A stretch of 58,908 nucleotides of DNA, filler included, from Sphacelaria rigidula (lineage: Eukaryota): assembly GCA_964200075.2 (NCBI GenBank). It is 6 parts of 6 records of this genome, joined end to end, with 100 filler letters (N's around TTAATTAATTAA, not from the genome) between each part and the next. Parts side by side here need not be neighbours in the genome. Positions count along the whole stretch, not along the records: positions 1 to 9,736 come from CAXNAA020007871.1; positions 9,837 to 19,571 come from CAXNAA020007872.1; 4 more parts are not named here. One strand, written 5' to 3'. Position 1 is the stretch's first letter, and each line of letters opens with the position of its first letter. Made by a program: the position numbers and the translations under genes. Of the stretch, positions 1-13,619 are shown piece by piece. Below the pieces are notes generated by a model. That model was not told where the DNA came from. It was given only the letters and a program-made list of their open reading frames with translations, and searched no databases.

Positions 1-12
1 TTCTAAGGTGTC

Positions 13-78
13 AAACTCCGCCTAGCTCTCTTTAGGGGCGTAAAACGACGTAAAAGCTCCAAAAACACACTTTTCCAG
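13..78. repeat. Dispersed repeat fragment; inverted copy at ~19806-19876
   Basis: aaactccgcctagctctctttaggggcgtaaaacgacgtaaaagctccaaaaa matches the reverse complement of tttttggagcttcaacgttgtttgacgccccaaaagagagctaggcggagttt in contig 3. Confidence 0.8.
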
Positions 79-140
79 GTTTTTCTTTTTGTCTATTATA
101 AGAAGCGGCCTAACGGCGCAGCCGCGATTCAAAAAGCCCC

Positions 141-412
141 CCCCCCCCCGGCCCCCGGAGAGCCCCGCTGGAGGTGCCGTGCCGGAGGCACGTTTTTACA
201 CGACTTGGCTTCACGAGGGCTACAAGATACGTGAAAGTTGGACCAATTTTCAAGGACTGTATGTAGCATACGTAGCCGGTCACGGCTCGTGTAAAGCAGG
301 TAACGGTATATAATGGTTCGAAACCAATATCCAATTTTTTCATGTAACCATCACCATTATCACCATTATAATGATAATGGCCAGTTATAACTGGTACGAT
401 CTTCGAGCTCTA
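141..412. repeat. Dispersed repeat, probable end of a non-autonomous DNA transposon; copy at ~16645-16888
   Basis: The two copies align over ~250 bp (gccgtgccggagg...cttcacgag...ccaattttcaagg...ccagttataactggtac...gagctcta) and both stop at GAGCTCTA. Confidence 0.8.
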
Positions 413-1869
413 CTAAACATCCTTTGTCACCTGTAGGCCTCCAACCACAGACCGGAAGACCGTAGTCCGCGGCACACTCCCTCAGCACGGCAGCCACAAC
501 TATTCCAGTACAGCAAATACGGTGACCTTCTGTAAAATTAAGTCGGTCACATACAAAATAATCATAAACGCCGCCAGCAAGTGCGCCACCAAGTCCGCTC
601 AATATCAACATTTGAGTTCAAACTTACCCCTGAAGCTGGATGCTGGAAAGTGCAGGCGGCGTCGTCCTTGCAGAAACCGTTTTGCCAGAACCTGCAGATT
701 GTACCCGAAGCCTTCGCCGCTGGGCTATGCCGAAACTGGCAACTGATACCCTGTGATGGAAGGCATGAACAAGGAAGGGATATTTGGTGGCTGAATCAAT
801 ACGCTTACATCTTCGTCGGCATCTGGTCTACTAGATATGGCTGCAGTCAGCCCAGCCAGACAGCGCCTACTAGGTAGTTTACAGGACAGACATTGGAGGA
901 GTGTCATGGCCTCGGTAGGTACACCCTTGATTGAAGGTTCACACTCTCGTGTGAGTGTATCCAACATAAATAGCGTATACTGTAAGTCCGAGATCGGAGT
1001 CACGTGATGTCCTCATAGTAGCCACCCCTGCGTTTCGTACAGGCTACGAATTGCAACGCGTTGTCTTGCTGATAGCGGGTATAAGACACACATGACAGAA
1101 TACGGCGCCATAGGTTACACTGCTGTGCTACAGGGACCGACCACAGGAAGTGTACCTACCATACCATCGTGCACAAGAGTGGGGTAAACACCATGGCACA
1201 CCAACTGTACCACTTATACTGGAGTGGAGAAGCAACTAGAGCGACACCTACATACAGTACAATTCTGCACACTACCCTTCCTCTTGGTTTACCTTGGCAC
1301 AGCTACCATTCAGGTAGTAGAAACAATCTCCAGCGCTTGCTGGACCAGCGCTCGCGGTTGGGCCGGCGCTTGCAGTTGTCGGTGCTACATTGGGTGTCAG
1401 AGTGCCTCCTTGGTCGTTCGACAGGGCAGAACCCCCCCCAAACCCCCCACCGCGGCCGAAAACACCAGGCACTTCCATGACCCTGTTCACAGGCGCAACA
1501 AATAGTAAAATCTATAAAACGATACGAATACCCGTTGTTGAAGCTTCTCCCACACGGGCCCCGTACGATATCGCCCCTGCTGTATTGCCCGTAGTGCACG
1601 TTACGGTGCTGTCCTGTACTATCTGTGTGCTGAACCCGTCTTCGGTGAACCGAAACATGCCTTTTTATTTGGTCACTTCGAACCGACATCGATATTTCAG
1701 ACCCGCAATCAAAACGACCCGCTTTTCTCAAACGTCACTCGTACCGCTTTTTGTCATCGCGTGGCAACCGAACGCAACACATAGACCACCACCGCCACCT
1801 CCACCACTCAGTACAATTTGTGAGCGTGTGAGGACTCGGCTGCAGCTCATACCCTAGCGTAGAAATATC

Positions 1870-4800
1870 ATGAAGGCGACAGCTGTGATCACGCTCGCCA
1901 TGACCGGCGCCAATGGGGTGGCAGCTTTTCGAATCCCCGTCATGGCGCCTCGCCAGGTCGTGAGCACTCCCACCCGCACGTCATTGGCGATGTCGAGTAC
2001 CCCGGCTACGGGAGAGGGAAAGGGACTCCAATACAACCCGGACAAGTTTAAGGATGAGAAGAACGCAGGGAACTACCGGAAGCTGTCGGACGCTCTTGCG
2101 GTAAGTGAATTACATTCGCACTAAATCTGAACTGCCCTGCGAATTCCTGTTGAAGTGATCCCGCGAACGCCAATAATGTTACTCTGTACTGAGTTGGGGG
2201 CTGCATGCATGTATGTTCTTGGGAAGCTAATTGCCTCCTTCGTGAGCACGAAGCTACCCTCCCACGCTAGGCTCTGGGCGGGTGGTGGAGATGGAGTTTC
2301 GAGCTTGTCAACCTTCAGGAGTCTTCCCAGTGCCCCTTCCATGCATGAGCAGAGGGCCCCACCCAGCGCTCGCCTGCGTAATGAGTGCATGAACACATCT
2401 GCAATCTTGCGGTCGTTGTAGTCCGTGTATGTTCTCATGAACCTGCATACGACTGTTGTCTGTACGGTAGCTCATGTTGTGATGCGGACCGTTGCTGAAC
2501 ATTCATTCTTGTCTTGTGTGTGGCATGTCATTGGAACGCATGAAGGAGGCAAGAGGCAAGCTTTGTATATTTTGATACTAGCACATTTCACGCTGTGCTC
2601 TCCGTGTTGTACCCACGGGCCGAAAATGTGCGCTGAAGGATCGAAGAATGTCTCTGCACGTCATCATGCGAATGAGAATTCATCATTCGAGACGACGAGG
2701 GTTCGCACCCACGTTGTGAAAATTGAAGATTGCTCAAGTAGGAGTATCTCGTTTTAATCGCTACAGGCTGCTGACCTTGAAGCTCGCCTCATGCAAGAGG
2801 AGGCGGAGAAGAGAGAAAAGGCCGTGGAGATGGCACGCGCAGAAAGGATGAGGAAAATCAAGTACATGACGGACATGGACGACGCGAAGGAGGTGGGAGT
2901 CCGTACCATTGTGTTCGCCGTGATTGTTACCGCACGAAAATCTGGTACGTCTGCAACCGAGCACTCCTGTACTCTGCCAGTGAGTCTCTTGTCTGGCCCT
3001 CATGATACCGGAGCTTACTGTACTGTGCTGCCCCCCTGCATGTCCACTTGCTGTGACGTAACTCATGAGGATACGTTTGGCTTGCTCCCCCTAATGAATT
3101 ATGTTAGATAGCCGTACATGAAACGCTGTGACGATTTTTTTTTACAAAAGTACCCACCACTGTCGCAACAGGTTGGTACCGTCGAGGAGTTCATGTTCAA
3201 GGAGGGCGTTAGAGACATCCTCGATAAGTTGGACACCGACCTGGTCGGTTTGGTCCCTGTAAAGCGGAGAGTACGCGAGATCGCTGCACTCCTGGTCCTT
3301 GACAAGGTGAGTGCAGAACAAAATCGGGAGTGTCGTCCGAGTGCGAAATGATTGTACAACTGCTGTGAGGCGTGTGGGGCAGTCGTCTCGCTGCGGGATC
3401 GCGAATTGAAGCCGGAAAAAGCATCAACAATGGAGGGCGTGGTGAACGCAGGAAATGGTTGAGACGGTGCGACCTGTAACCGTACAGCGGTAAGGAGTTG
3501 AGGTGTCCGCGGGTCTACCAAGTGTACACTTGGTGAGCTGTGAAAAGCTAACGAAGCGAGTCGCCAACCGTCCGCGAGTTGGTCAAAATGCCCATAGCGA
3601 GTGAGTCTCCGTCTCGGACAAATGATGATCCGCGTCAGACCGAAGTGTACGGCGGCTGGAGAAGTGATTCTTCTTCCCGCTGCCGACCTTGGCGAGGATG
3701 ATAACTACTCTGGCATCTCCACATGTCATGTGATCTGAGCGTTGTCTCACGTTTGAGTCGTTTTCTAGAGTAGATGGAACAAGATGTCTGTTGTATTCGT
3801 GATGTCAACGAGCGACAAAAAGAACATTTCTCGTTCTGTGCGTTCATGTTGTGAAACGTTCAACCCTTGATCAGCGCCTGCTGCCATTCCGCTGACAAGT
3901 GGAACACTCTGGCGTAGCGGCGATTGCGTCACGTAGGACAGCAATGCATAGCAGAAGTGTTTTCAAACTGGGGTGATGGCGGGTCTATACGCTACCTTCG
4001 CATGTGTGCGACTTTATCCCCAAACAGATGCGTGGCAAGCTGGGCTTCGATACTGCCGTGCCGTCGCTACACATGTGCTTCACTGGTGCTCCCGGCACTG
4101 GTAAGACTACGGTTGCCCTGCGTATGGGGCAGATCCTCCAGCGCATGGGCTACTGCCGTCAGGGACACGTGGTGGTCGCCACCAGAGATGACTTGGTTGG
4201 CCAGTACGTTGGCCACACCGCTCCCAAGACCAAGGTGAGGCCATTTCATTTTTCAACAATTTTTCGATGTTGTCGTTCATTAGTCTGGATTAATGTTGAA
4301 CGTTCCCTGCGATTACTGTTCAACTTTTGAACGCAAGGCACTTCTACACCGCTAGACTGAGGTGACTGTATTTCTAGTTAACGAAGTGCCTGTTCCCCGA
4401 GGGCAACAAAGGCAAGCAGGGGCTTATGTTACTATACAAGGGACGAGGTGCCTCACAGTGCCTCCTCGCGGCCACTCCGTTCCTCACCATTTCCATCATG
4501 ACCAGTCGGCTGTTCAACTAGACGAGAAAAGGACCGAAGTTTCAGCGGTGTCACCGCTATCTGCCCTGCATTGTCGCGATCTTGGATCACGCACCGAACG
4601 CATTGACATTACACACATCACGTGACCCTGCCGTGGTGTCGATTGGAGAACACGACGCTCATCAACACAATGGGGTAATCTAAAGTATGCAAATCGAGAT
4701 TGAGCCTCGTGGTGTAACGTGAAACAGCGCCGGTATTTCAACGGTTCTCTATGGATGGGGAACAAAACATTCAGTCACCCTTTTCGCAGGTTATAACCCA

Positions 4801-7209
4801 TTTTCCCCTTGGGTGAATTGGAGATCGTGTCGTGACCAAGCTACATGACATTTCCTGCGTGGTTGATACCTTGCTCAGGGAAAAAGTTGTTGCTGATGAC
4901 ATGGATAATGTGAGGCGAGAAAAACCATGCCGGCATCATGATGATATGTATTGAACCAAAAGCAGTCGACATTAGAGGTCTGTGGAATTTGCAGTTGTTC
5001 CAATTTTCGAGCTCCTCTCGAGTGCTTTTCATTGGTACGAGCAAGCTGGCGTCGGGAGATTAAGGGGAAAGGTGTTGGCCGCGCTCGAACCACTGTTCCA
5101 AAGTTGGTGTTCGTGGGGCGATACCGACTAAGTGTCCCGTCCATCAGGAGGGTCTCATTGACCGTTTCTGGTCCAATAAAAACAGTTTTCTGGCCTTTTC
5201 CCAAGGAGACGGTAATCGTTGACATGAATGAATATTCATGCCATATTGAAATAACGATCGAGATCGTCTTCCCCCCCCCCCATACTGCACAGATGCCAGT
5301 CCAGCGTTTTTCGTGGATGGCTTCTCAGTGTTTTTCGTACACTCTTCTTCGTGGGCACTCAAGAGAAGTATCATCGATAGTTATGACAAAATAAGTACAT
5401 CGTGCTCTAATACGCCCGAGTTGGTGTCGTGGGGGCGATACGAAGTAAAAATGCCGCTCATCAGGAGGATGTTATTGACCGCGAGGGTTCCAAGAGCCGT
5501 GGTCTTTCGGCTCTAGCGCGGTGAATGAGTGGAATTTTGAAAGAATGACCATTCTCATGTATTTTCACGTATGATCGGGGTCAAGTCGGTCCACCGGAAA
5601 TACCGAAAAGCTGCAACCTGAAGTTGCACTTTCCCAGGACCCTCCAATATCGGTCAAGCCCGTCAGTCACTCACTATTGACCTCAGTTTTTTTCCTCTTC
5701 GATATTTCTCGAAGGGAATGTGATATCCTGATCCCCACTTTTTGGCATCCAACATCCACGGTGACGAGAGGTGATTAGCGAACAAGTTTTGGAGAATCTC
5801 CAAGTGACTGAGAAATGACGAATTCAGCAGACTTGTGATTGTGGCTACGGTAATGATTAACCTGCAGGAAATGATCAAAAAAGCATTCGGCGGTATTCTG
5901 CTGGTGGACGAGGCCTACTACCTCTACAACGCATCCAACGACAAGGACTACGGCCAGGAGTCTATCGAGATCCTGCTTAACGTGATGGAAGAGCAAAAAG
6001 ACGACCTCATCGTGACGCTTGCAGGGTACGCACCTCAAACTTTGCTGTTGGAAAACAGTTGATGTGTAATCCGTACAGTGATCTTGTCTCTGCATCAAAA
6101 ACCGTGTAGCGCGCAGTTGTCCTTTTAAACGCAGTGAGGTGTGTTCACCTGTAATTCGTCCAATTACTTTTTGAAAGGAGATGTACAGACCAATTTGATG
6201 TTGAAAATACATAACCTGCCTGCTGCGCGCTGCTGTTGATCATCGTGTTCGCTTTTCGTGGACTCTTCAGATACAAGGACCGCATGGACCGCTTCTTCTC
6301 CTACATCCCGGGTATGTCCAGCCGTGTTGGCAACCACATCGACTTCCCTAACTACAAGACGGATGAGCTCGTGGAAATCGCTGAGGTCATGGCTCGCGAT
6401 CTAATGTACTTCATGGACGAATCGTGAGTGTCGTGTTCATTCCAAGATTCTTGTAGTTGTAGTCGTTGTACTTTCCACAACGCGCGTATTTTTTCCAGCG
6501 TCATGGTGATGGGATGCGGGACCCGGACTCCGAAAGGGAGCATTTCACCGAGACCAGTCAGCACTAACTGTAATTTCTGTCGTCGCCTTTTCCCACACGC
6601 GTATGCAGTGCTCTCGGGACGTTCAAGGCCTACATCGCTCAGCGCCAGAAGTTCCCCTTCTTCTCCAACGCAAGAACGGTGAGGGAAATCATGATGTCAT
6701 CAGCGTTGTTTTGCAACTCGTTCGTACAGCGTCGAACCTATCGAAATTTGCCTCATCAATAAACGGTCCAATTTTGATGAACCCCGCATCGTGGTTCGTG
6801 CATCGTCTCGTCTTGGAATTGATCTCTCGTCCCACTCATTACGTACACCTCCCTGCTGCTCAGGTCCGTAACGCCATGGACCGTGCCCGCATGAACTCGG
6901 CCATTCGCGTTTTCAATGAAGCCGTGAACAAGAACGACTTCGACGGCATGGTTTCAGAAAAGGTGGGTTTGTAGCCTTGGTCCACGTAGACCAGAGAGTA
7001 AATCCAGTCGATTAGGAATCCCTGCAATGATGCGTTCAGCGTTTCCAACTTGAACTTAACTTAACGTGGGATTTGCCTCGTGCGTTCCGTAATTTGTTCT
7101 CGTCGTTCGTCAGGATCTCGCCGTCATCACGGACAAAGACTTCCAGGTCCTGCTGGATGAACTCCTGGAATACGAGGCTGCCGGCAAGATGGACGCCATT
7201 GTTGCCTAA
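1870..7209 (+). CDS. cbbX: Nuclear-encoded, plastid-targeted CbbX (red-type Rubisco activase, AAA+). Complete, 9 exons: 1870-2100, 2767-2892, 3172-3306, 4028-4234, 5868-6025, 6271-6423, 6609-6678, 6864-6962, 7114-7209 (1275 nt, 424 aa)
   Basis: All introns are GT-AG and phase-consistent. Motifs: [22 protein letters not shown]; Walker [15 protein letters not shown]; pore loop [19 protein letters not shown]; Walker [68 protein letters not shown]. The N-terminus is a signal peptide ([19 protein letters not shown]) with Phe at +1 and an S/T/R-rich transit peptide. Confidence 0.97.
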
Positions 7210-9736
7210 TTTTAATCGATTGTTTTAATGACTTGTGCTATGGGCGACGTGGCGCGGTCAGGATGTCGGGTTGGTAATCGCGCACTGTTAGTACTAGGCT
7301 CCGGCCAATCAAAAATGCGGGCGCCTTCCCGCGGCGTGTGTTTTCAAGTAGTCCGTTCGGTGTGGCCAGCCTTGATGATGTTATTGGGGCACGTGATAAT
7401 TTGATGTTGTTATCCTACTTGGCGTTCGATGGTGTATCAGACTCCTCCCATTTTTTTCATGGCCTTCCGAATAGAATCAGCATATGGTAGATAGACCTCT
7501 TGTCATGAACTGAGGAGAGAATCGAAGCGCAGGTGTACATGAACAACGTCACATTTTTCATGAAGGCATGTACAGCGGTCTTCCCACCCGAGTCATACTT
7601 GACAGCGAAAGTCATATTTGACAATCTCTCCTCCTTAACATTGCGGAAGAAGCACTCAACAAGCGACAACAACGAAGGCTACCTTTTGATCTTAACAGAG
7701 CGAACATCAATGGACAATCCACGGCGTTCTTTTGCTTCAGCATAACCGTACCGCGAATCGCATGTGCTGCGCCGTACTGTACCGTGCGAGAGACAGTTTG
7801 CACAGAGTCAACACCGTGAGTTTTATACCGACAAAATGATATATTCTGTTGGCGTGGAGATCTGGCAACATGGTGGAACTGCGCACGATTCATTGTCGAT
7901 CATGAAATTGTGAAAATATGGAGTGCCATCATCCGCGCGGTCTTCGCTGGATGCCGAGCAGACGGCTATTCGAAGATGATGAGATGAGGCGGAGGAACGG
8001 CAGAGTGCTGGTCATCAAGGCTCATACATTTGGTGTTTCATGTGCTGCGGGCGGTTTTTTGTACGCGTCATTTGCGGTGGTCCCAAGAACGACCTCGGAG
8101 TAGAAAACGTTGACGTCGATGTCCTTTCCCAAGGAGGTATCACGGTGGGTAAGATGAAATGAGGTTGAGAAAAAGCTTCCCAAACACCGTTAAGATCGTC
8201 CATTTCTCTTGGCTCATGAACAAAAAACAGTTTTTCATCCGTCTGTACCTCACATACAGTTGACATCACTTCTGACAATGTTCATTATTTTCGCCATTAC
8301 TGACCGAAGCATTTCAATTCCAAAATGTCAGTCCACGAGGCCTGACATGAGTCGCGTAGTTGGTTGTTGTGGGGACCCTCTTCATTCCTGATGAGGATAA
8401 TGACGTGTAGCCCTTGTGAAGATACTCCCGCGATGGAGGCTACGAAGAGCACACACGGGATGAAGAAACGACCATGTTGTAGCGAATGATTAAACCCACT
8501 CTCGATCTTGATCTTACGAAGACGTCGTTTACATGAAAAACTCTGATTGTAGCAAGGCTCCACACAGTTTCCGATTCCCGAGCGAAGCCTGAATTTTTGA
8601 AGTTAAATTCTTTCCGCACACACGCGGTGATGGATTGTTTGAGGACCAATACCGTGGACATTCCGGGCGTGTACACAATAATGTAATACTTGTAAGCACA
8701 TGTATACATATTCTCCAGTGTATTTTCGACAACAGTCCCACGAGCCGAGCATTACACAGCAAGAAAATGGATGAGCAGAATACCATCTTACGGAACCAAA
8801 TTGCTGCGCTAAAAATGGAAGTGGGTACACTATACTCGGAATTGAAGCGAATTGTTCGATGGCCGACCCGTCGACCAATCGCGATACTGTAGTTCGAGCA
8901 TTTCAACATGTCATCTCTGCCGGACACCTTCAACGGTGAGGAGTCACGCCAGGGCATTGTTGAGCAATGCTACGGTAGGGGTGCGCTTTTTTCGCGAAAT
9001 TTTGTCTGGTTCAGGGGCTCTCAACGATTCTAGACGCACAAGAATATGGGCCGGGGCATCCCCGTTTGCAGATCTATTCGGAATATCCACAGCACATCGG
9101 AATAGTAATTCTGACGTACTCTCGCATATTTTCATAAGTCGTGTTTTAGATGAGATGAGGGGCTCCTAACAATTCTAACCTCAGAAATTATTTCTGTACC
9201 CCTACCGCAACATCACTCTGTTGCACAAAATATTTCTTGGATATGTCGCGAGATCGGACCCATGTCCGGAAATAATACTACTGATAATAATTAAAGGCGA
9301 GAGTCCATAAAACAACAGAAGATTAGTGAATGACGCGAGAGCACGCCACGAGCGATTACGGTTTCGATTATGCACTCCCGCCCCCAACCCAGCTTGTGGG
9401 GGGTCGGTAGGGAAAACCTCATGAATCACCCGTTCAAAAACAGTGTGACTCCTCACGTATCCGACCGTTGGCTCCCATCTGGAGATTGCGCTGAGCGCAG
9501 TCGCACCAGCCTCATATCAACGCAAACCTCCCCACCAGCCTGCGTGTGCACCCATTTTGTGGTATACACACACCGCTAGCCAACGTCCTGCCGACAAGAA
9601 CCACCGACGTGTACCACACGAGGAAAAAATTACACGCATCCAACACTCTACCCCACTGGAACACCGGCGATAAAGTGTGCCGGCAATCGAAGGGGTACCA
9701 TGGTTCTGTCGACCCACGGCCTGCTCCGGTCTCGCT

Positions 9737-9836
9737 NNNNNNNNNNNNNNNNNNNNNNNNNNNNNNNNNNNNNNNNNNNNTTAATTAATTAANNNNNNNN
9801 NNNNNNNNNNNNNNNNNNNNNNNNNNNNNNNNNNNN
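9737..9836. other. Artificial contig linker (N44-TTAATTAATTAA-N44)
   Basis: Exactly 100 nt with a core giving stops in all six frames; the identical linker recurs every 9834-9835 nt. Confidence 0.98.
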
Positions 9837-11487
9837 GGGGTCGTGTGGTGGGGGGGGTGGGGGGTGGGGCTGCGGGTTTGGTCGTTGTTGGCCGGGGGGG
9901 GGGGGGGGGGGGGGGCATGTTTTTTGTCTCGGATGGATTGTTTGTTGCTGTCCGGGGCATATCCCCATCCCGCACGTTATACCCTTCCGATACGTGTTGT
10001 GACCTCCGTGAGAACTAAAGGAAACGGGTGCAGTATTATTGGGGGAAGTAGACCTGTGTGTAGACAGAAAGTAGCGTCGTTTCAAGTCACTGTGGGGTGT
10101 TGGTGCTCCTGGTGTGGTTCCAGTGTTGGGTGTTTCGTTCTGGCTTCCACTGTGTATGGGTGAAATTCCGCAAGCCTCGCGTGTCTCGTTTTGTGTGTTG
10201 TGTGTTTGGGGTGGTTACTTAGAGGCGCGCGCGTGCTTCCGCGCATACGGTGTTCAGTCGTTGGAGAAGAACCAACGAGCGTTTGCCGTTTGTTTCGCAT
10301 GAAGAAGTTCTGGTCGACCACCACCTCGGCACGATTGTAGCCTGGCGTCGTAAATACACCTATGGTTGAACACGGTGGCAAGCGCGTCATGTTTCAGGCG
10401 TTTATGCTCCGAACCCTCAAGTCGGGGCTCCAAGAGAGGGAGATAAACTGCCGCAAGGAAGTATGTTTGACGCTTGCCTATTACCCCTCCCCCCCTCCCC
10501 CGGCGCGCACGCGCGGTAAACGTAGCGGAAGCCGAGAAAAAGACGGCGACAGCAGATGAGGTGTTGCCACCTCAAACCGTGGACGCAAGCATGCCTCAGG
10601 TAGGGCTGGATGTTGGGAGGGAGGACTTCCGCACGTGTTGAACGCGTCCGTTTTAACGGTTTAATTACGGTGGTATATCGCTAATGGCTGCGGGAGTTGT
10701 GCTGCTGTGCTGTTATTTTCGTCGTGTCTTATCTTTACATTATCATTGTACCCTGCAGAGTTCAATTTTAGGTAAGTGGCTCTGTACAATGCTACATGTG
10801 CGATAGTTTGTAAGTAAATATAGAGACTGCATGGGGACTCTCTTTTCCGAAAGTATCTGCGTGTATGTCTCCGGAGGCAACGACTCGGATGACTGCGGCG
10901 ATAAGATGCATTTGGGCACGGCAACCCCATTACTCGAGGAGCGCTTTAATCCTGGCAAATTGGGTCATGATTTATTTCGAGGTGGATATCTGTTCCGTGC
11001 CGGATGGATACCCGATACGACGCATGTCCGGTGGACGTCTCTCAGGTGTATGAAGCATGTCTCCCAAGTAGTGGACAAACGGGTTCGTTGGCAGCACGAG
11101 CTCCCACTAAAGGAGGATCGGTTTGGGATCCGGAGGATTTCTTCAGCACGAAACCGGATATTTTTCGTGATCTGATCGTGTAGAAATCAAATAAACGAAT
11201 TTGGAAACTCTAAGAAACCGGATATTTTTTGTGATTTGATCGTCGGGAAAAGAAATAAACGAATTTCGAAAATCTAGGTAAGCCTCTCCCCCAGAAAAAG
11301 GCGGTCATAATGGGATCATAGGACTGAGCGGAAGAGTTTACCCCACTTCGGCTCCTCTCGTGCATGATTGAAGTATACTTGTTCTTAGTGCGAATATCGG
11401 GATTCGGATCTTCAGTGAGACTAATATAATATTCCCGAGTGCTCCTACAGGCTGGTTCAGGCTCATCACCCAAAAAACACTCATCGG

Positions 11488-11748
11488 CAAAACCTCACGC
11501 CGTTTCAAGGAGTTAGACCCTGAAATTTTGCACAGATGTTCTCTGGAGCATTGCGCAACTGTCGTAGGTCGTTTTTTTTTTTTTTTTTGTAATTTTTTTT
11601 TTTTTTTTCCCCCTTTTTTTTTTTTTGTTTTTCCCTCCCCCCCCCCCCCAACAAAACCTCGTTCATCCGAAGTCGCCTAACGGCCCATAGCACATTTGTG
11701 CAAAATTTCAGGGTCGATCCAACTCCCTAAAACAGCGTGAGATTTTTC
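11488..11748. repeat. Inverted-repeat (foldback-like) element with a T/C homopolymer spacer
   Basis: aaaacctcacgccgtttcaaggagttagaccctgaaattttgcacagatg is mirrored by catttgtgcaaaatttcagggtc...actccctaaaacagcgtgagatttt. A further related motif lies at ~12090-12135. Confidence 0.7.
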
Positions 11749-13337
11749 CCTTTTGTGCGATGAACTTCGACGTGCCGCGGTGAAACCGCAAACTACTTGA
11801 TTTTGGTACCAAAGCGGCATTTTTGGGCCTTGTTTGTGAACATGAAAATTCAAGCATCAGTTGATCGATTTTTGCGACGAAATTTTGTGGGGCCTTTCCT
11901 TGGGTTATGCGGCGACAGCTCGTTCACGAAGAAATGAAAAAAAAAAACGTAGTACCGGTTTTCCGGGGTTCCAGAATGGAGACTACTTCGAAAATCTACT
12001 TGGGTTCCGTCGGACCCCCAGAAAACGTTGAAAAAATCAAGAAGTAAAAAAACATCGCACATAGAAAGTTGCGTGATGATACACAGCATTTTTGTGCAAA
12101 GGTTTAGAATCTAACTTCTAATAACGGCGTGAAGGTTTGCGCGTTTGTTGAGGAGGTGGGCTTGGAACGTGGAACTCCTAACTACTTGGTTTTAGTATGG
12201 AAACGCCTTTTGGGGTGATTTCACGTCAAGGCAAGAAAAGCTGTATAAGGTTTTCGAGTTTCTCCACCAAACTTTGAATATTTGTTCCTATCCCGGGACG
12301 CATCATTTCATCATTTTTCTTTTGGGGCATGCTGTACCGCGTTTCGGGGGTCTTCGTGCTGGGACCCCCGGAAGCCGGTGGAGAACGAAGAAACCATGAA
12401 ATATTGTCAAGATTGCACTTTTTTCATTTGAAGTATCAATATCTACCGAACTGCCAAGTTTGAGGGCGATCAGAGCTTTTCTACAACAGACATAGGGGAC
12501 ACCGTCACGAGGCTCCCTGGGTCTTTCGTGCGTCTTATTGGTGGAAATTAGACGACGCCAACACCCGACATCACCGAAACAACACAGTTTCGGGGATAAT
12601 TCGACCCCGTAGTAACGGTTTTAAAATATGTTTTTTCCGTTAGATTCCCGAGCTGATGACACTTACAACGATTTGAAGCATGAAGAGTTTGGGTGAAAAT
12701 TGGGCTTGAAATTCGTAATTTCAATCTCGGAACAACTTGACGGGCGCTGATTGGTCAATGTATACATTTTCGTCCTTAGCGCTACCACTATGGCCTTACA
12801 CAAAAATGCGGCTATGTCACGCTCTTCAGCTGTCCATGGCGGTCAGTTTGATATCATGTATGCGGCTATTGGGTAGGTATTGCGAAATGTATGTGATGAT
12901 GAGACAATTTTGGGTGATAAGCGTGAACCAGCCTGTATCGTGCGCATAACGCGTTTTTTTCCGAATCGGCACCACAGGCGCTGACTGTAAGTCTACTAAC
13001 GCACACTTTGCCTTTACACCCGTGGCACCCCCCTTGCCCGACGGTTCTCGGTACGCCTTCGTCAGGTTTAGGATCAGATTTAGGGTGAACCCTCCTCGGA
13101 CGGACAACAGTGTTTTATACTACTTTCTCACGGCCACATCGAGGATTCAATCAACGAGAAAAAATTGGCTCAGCCTGTTGAGCACATGATGGTGAGCACC
13201 TTCCTTTTGATCAGACGGTTCATGCGATGATATGCGGATCACGGCCCACCTCGTCAGTATCGATGATGAAATGGTGTATTGCTTTGAGAGATTAAACCCG
13301 CGTCTAGGCCGGCCCGGCTCGTGGCGGTGTTCCGTTC

Positions 13338-13619
13338 GACACTTTTTACGATACCGCCCCCCCCTCCTGCCCCCTCCCCCGCAAACGTACCCCGTTTGGG
13401 GAGGCAAAATCTTCACGTGAATCGAAATGAATAAAGTCGAGAGCACAATGAGCAGATGGGAATTCCCACGCTTGGGTTATTCGTTCTCGCCAATCTTGTC
13501 CATATGAGGCGCTTCATTAGGCTGAACCCAAACATCCGGCGCTGTACAGTATGTCCACTTCCTTCGTGAATTTTTTGGGCTGTTTTTTTCGGGGGGGGGG
13601 GGGAATCCTAGAAAGTGTC
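13338..13619. mobile_element. MITE of the 'GACAC' family, 4-bp TSD (GTTC)
   Basis: TIRs gacactttttacgatacc / gggaatcctagaaagtgtc, with GTTC on both sides. The interior matches copies at 37245, 39560 and 51037. Confidence 0.85.

Noticed and set aside
9781-9792. Recurrent TTAATTAATTAA palindrome as a biological site
   Set aside because: Always centred in N-padding; it is a six-frame stop spacer.
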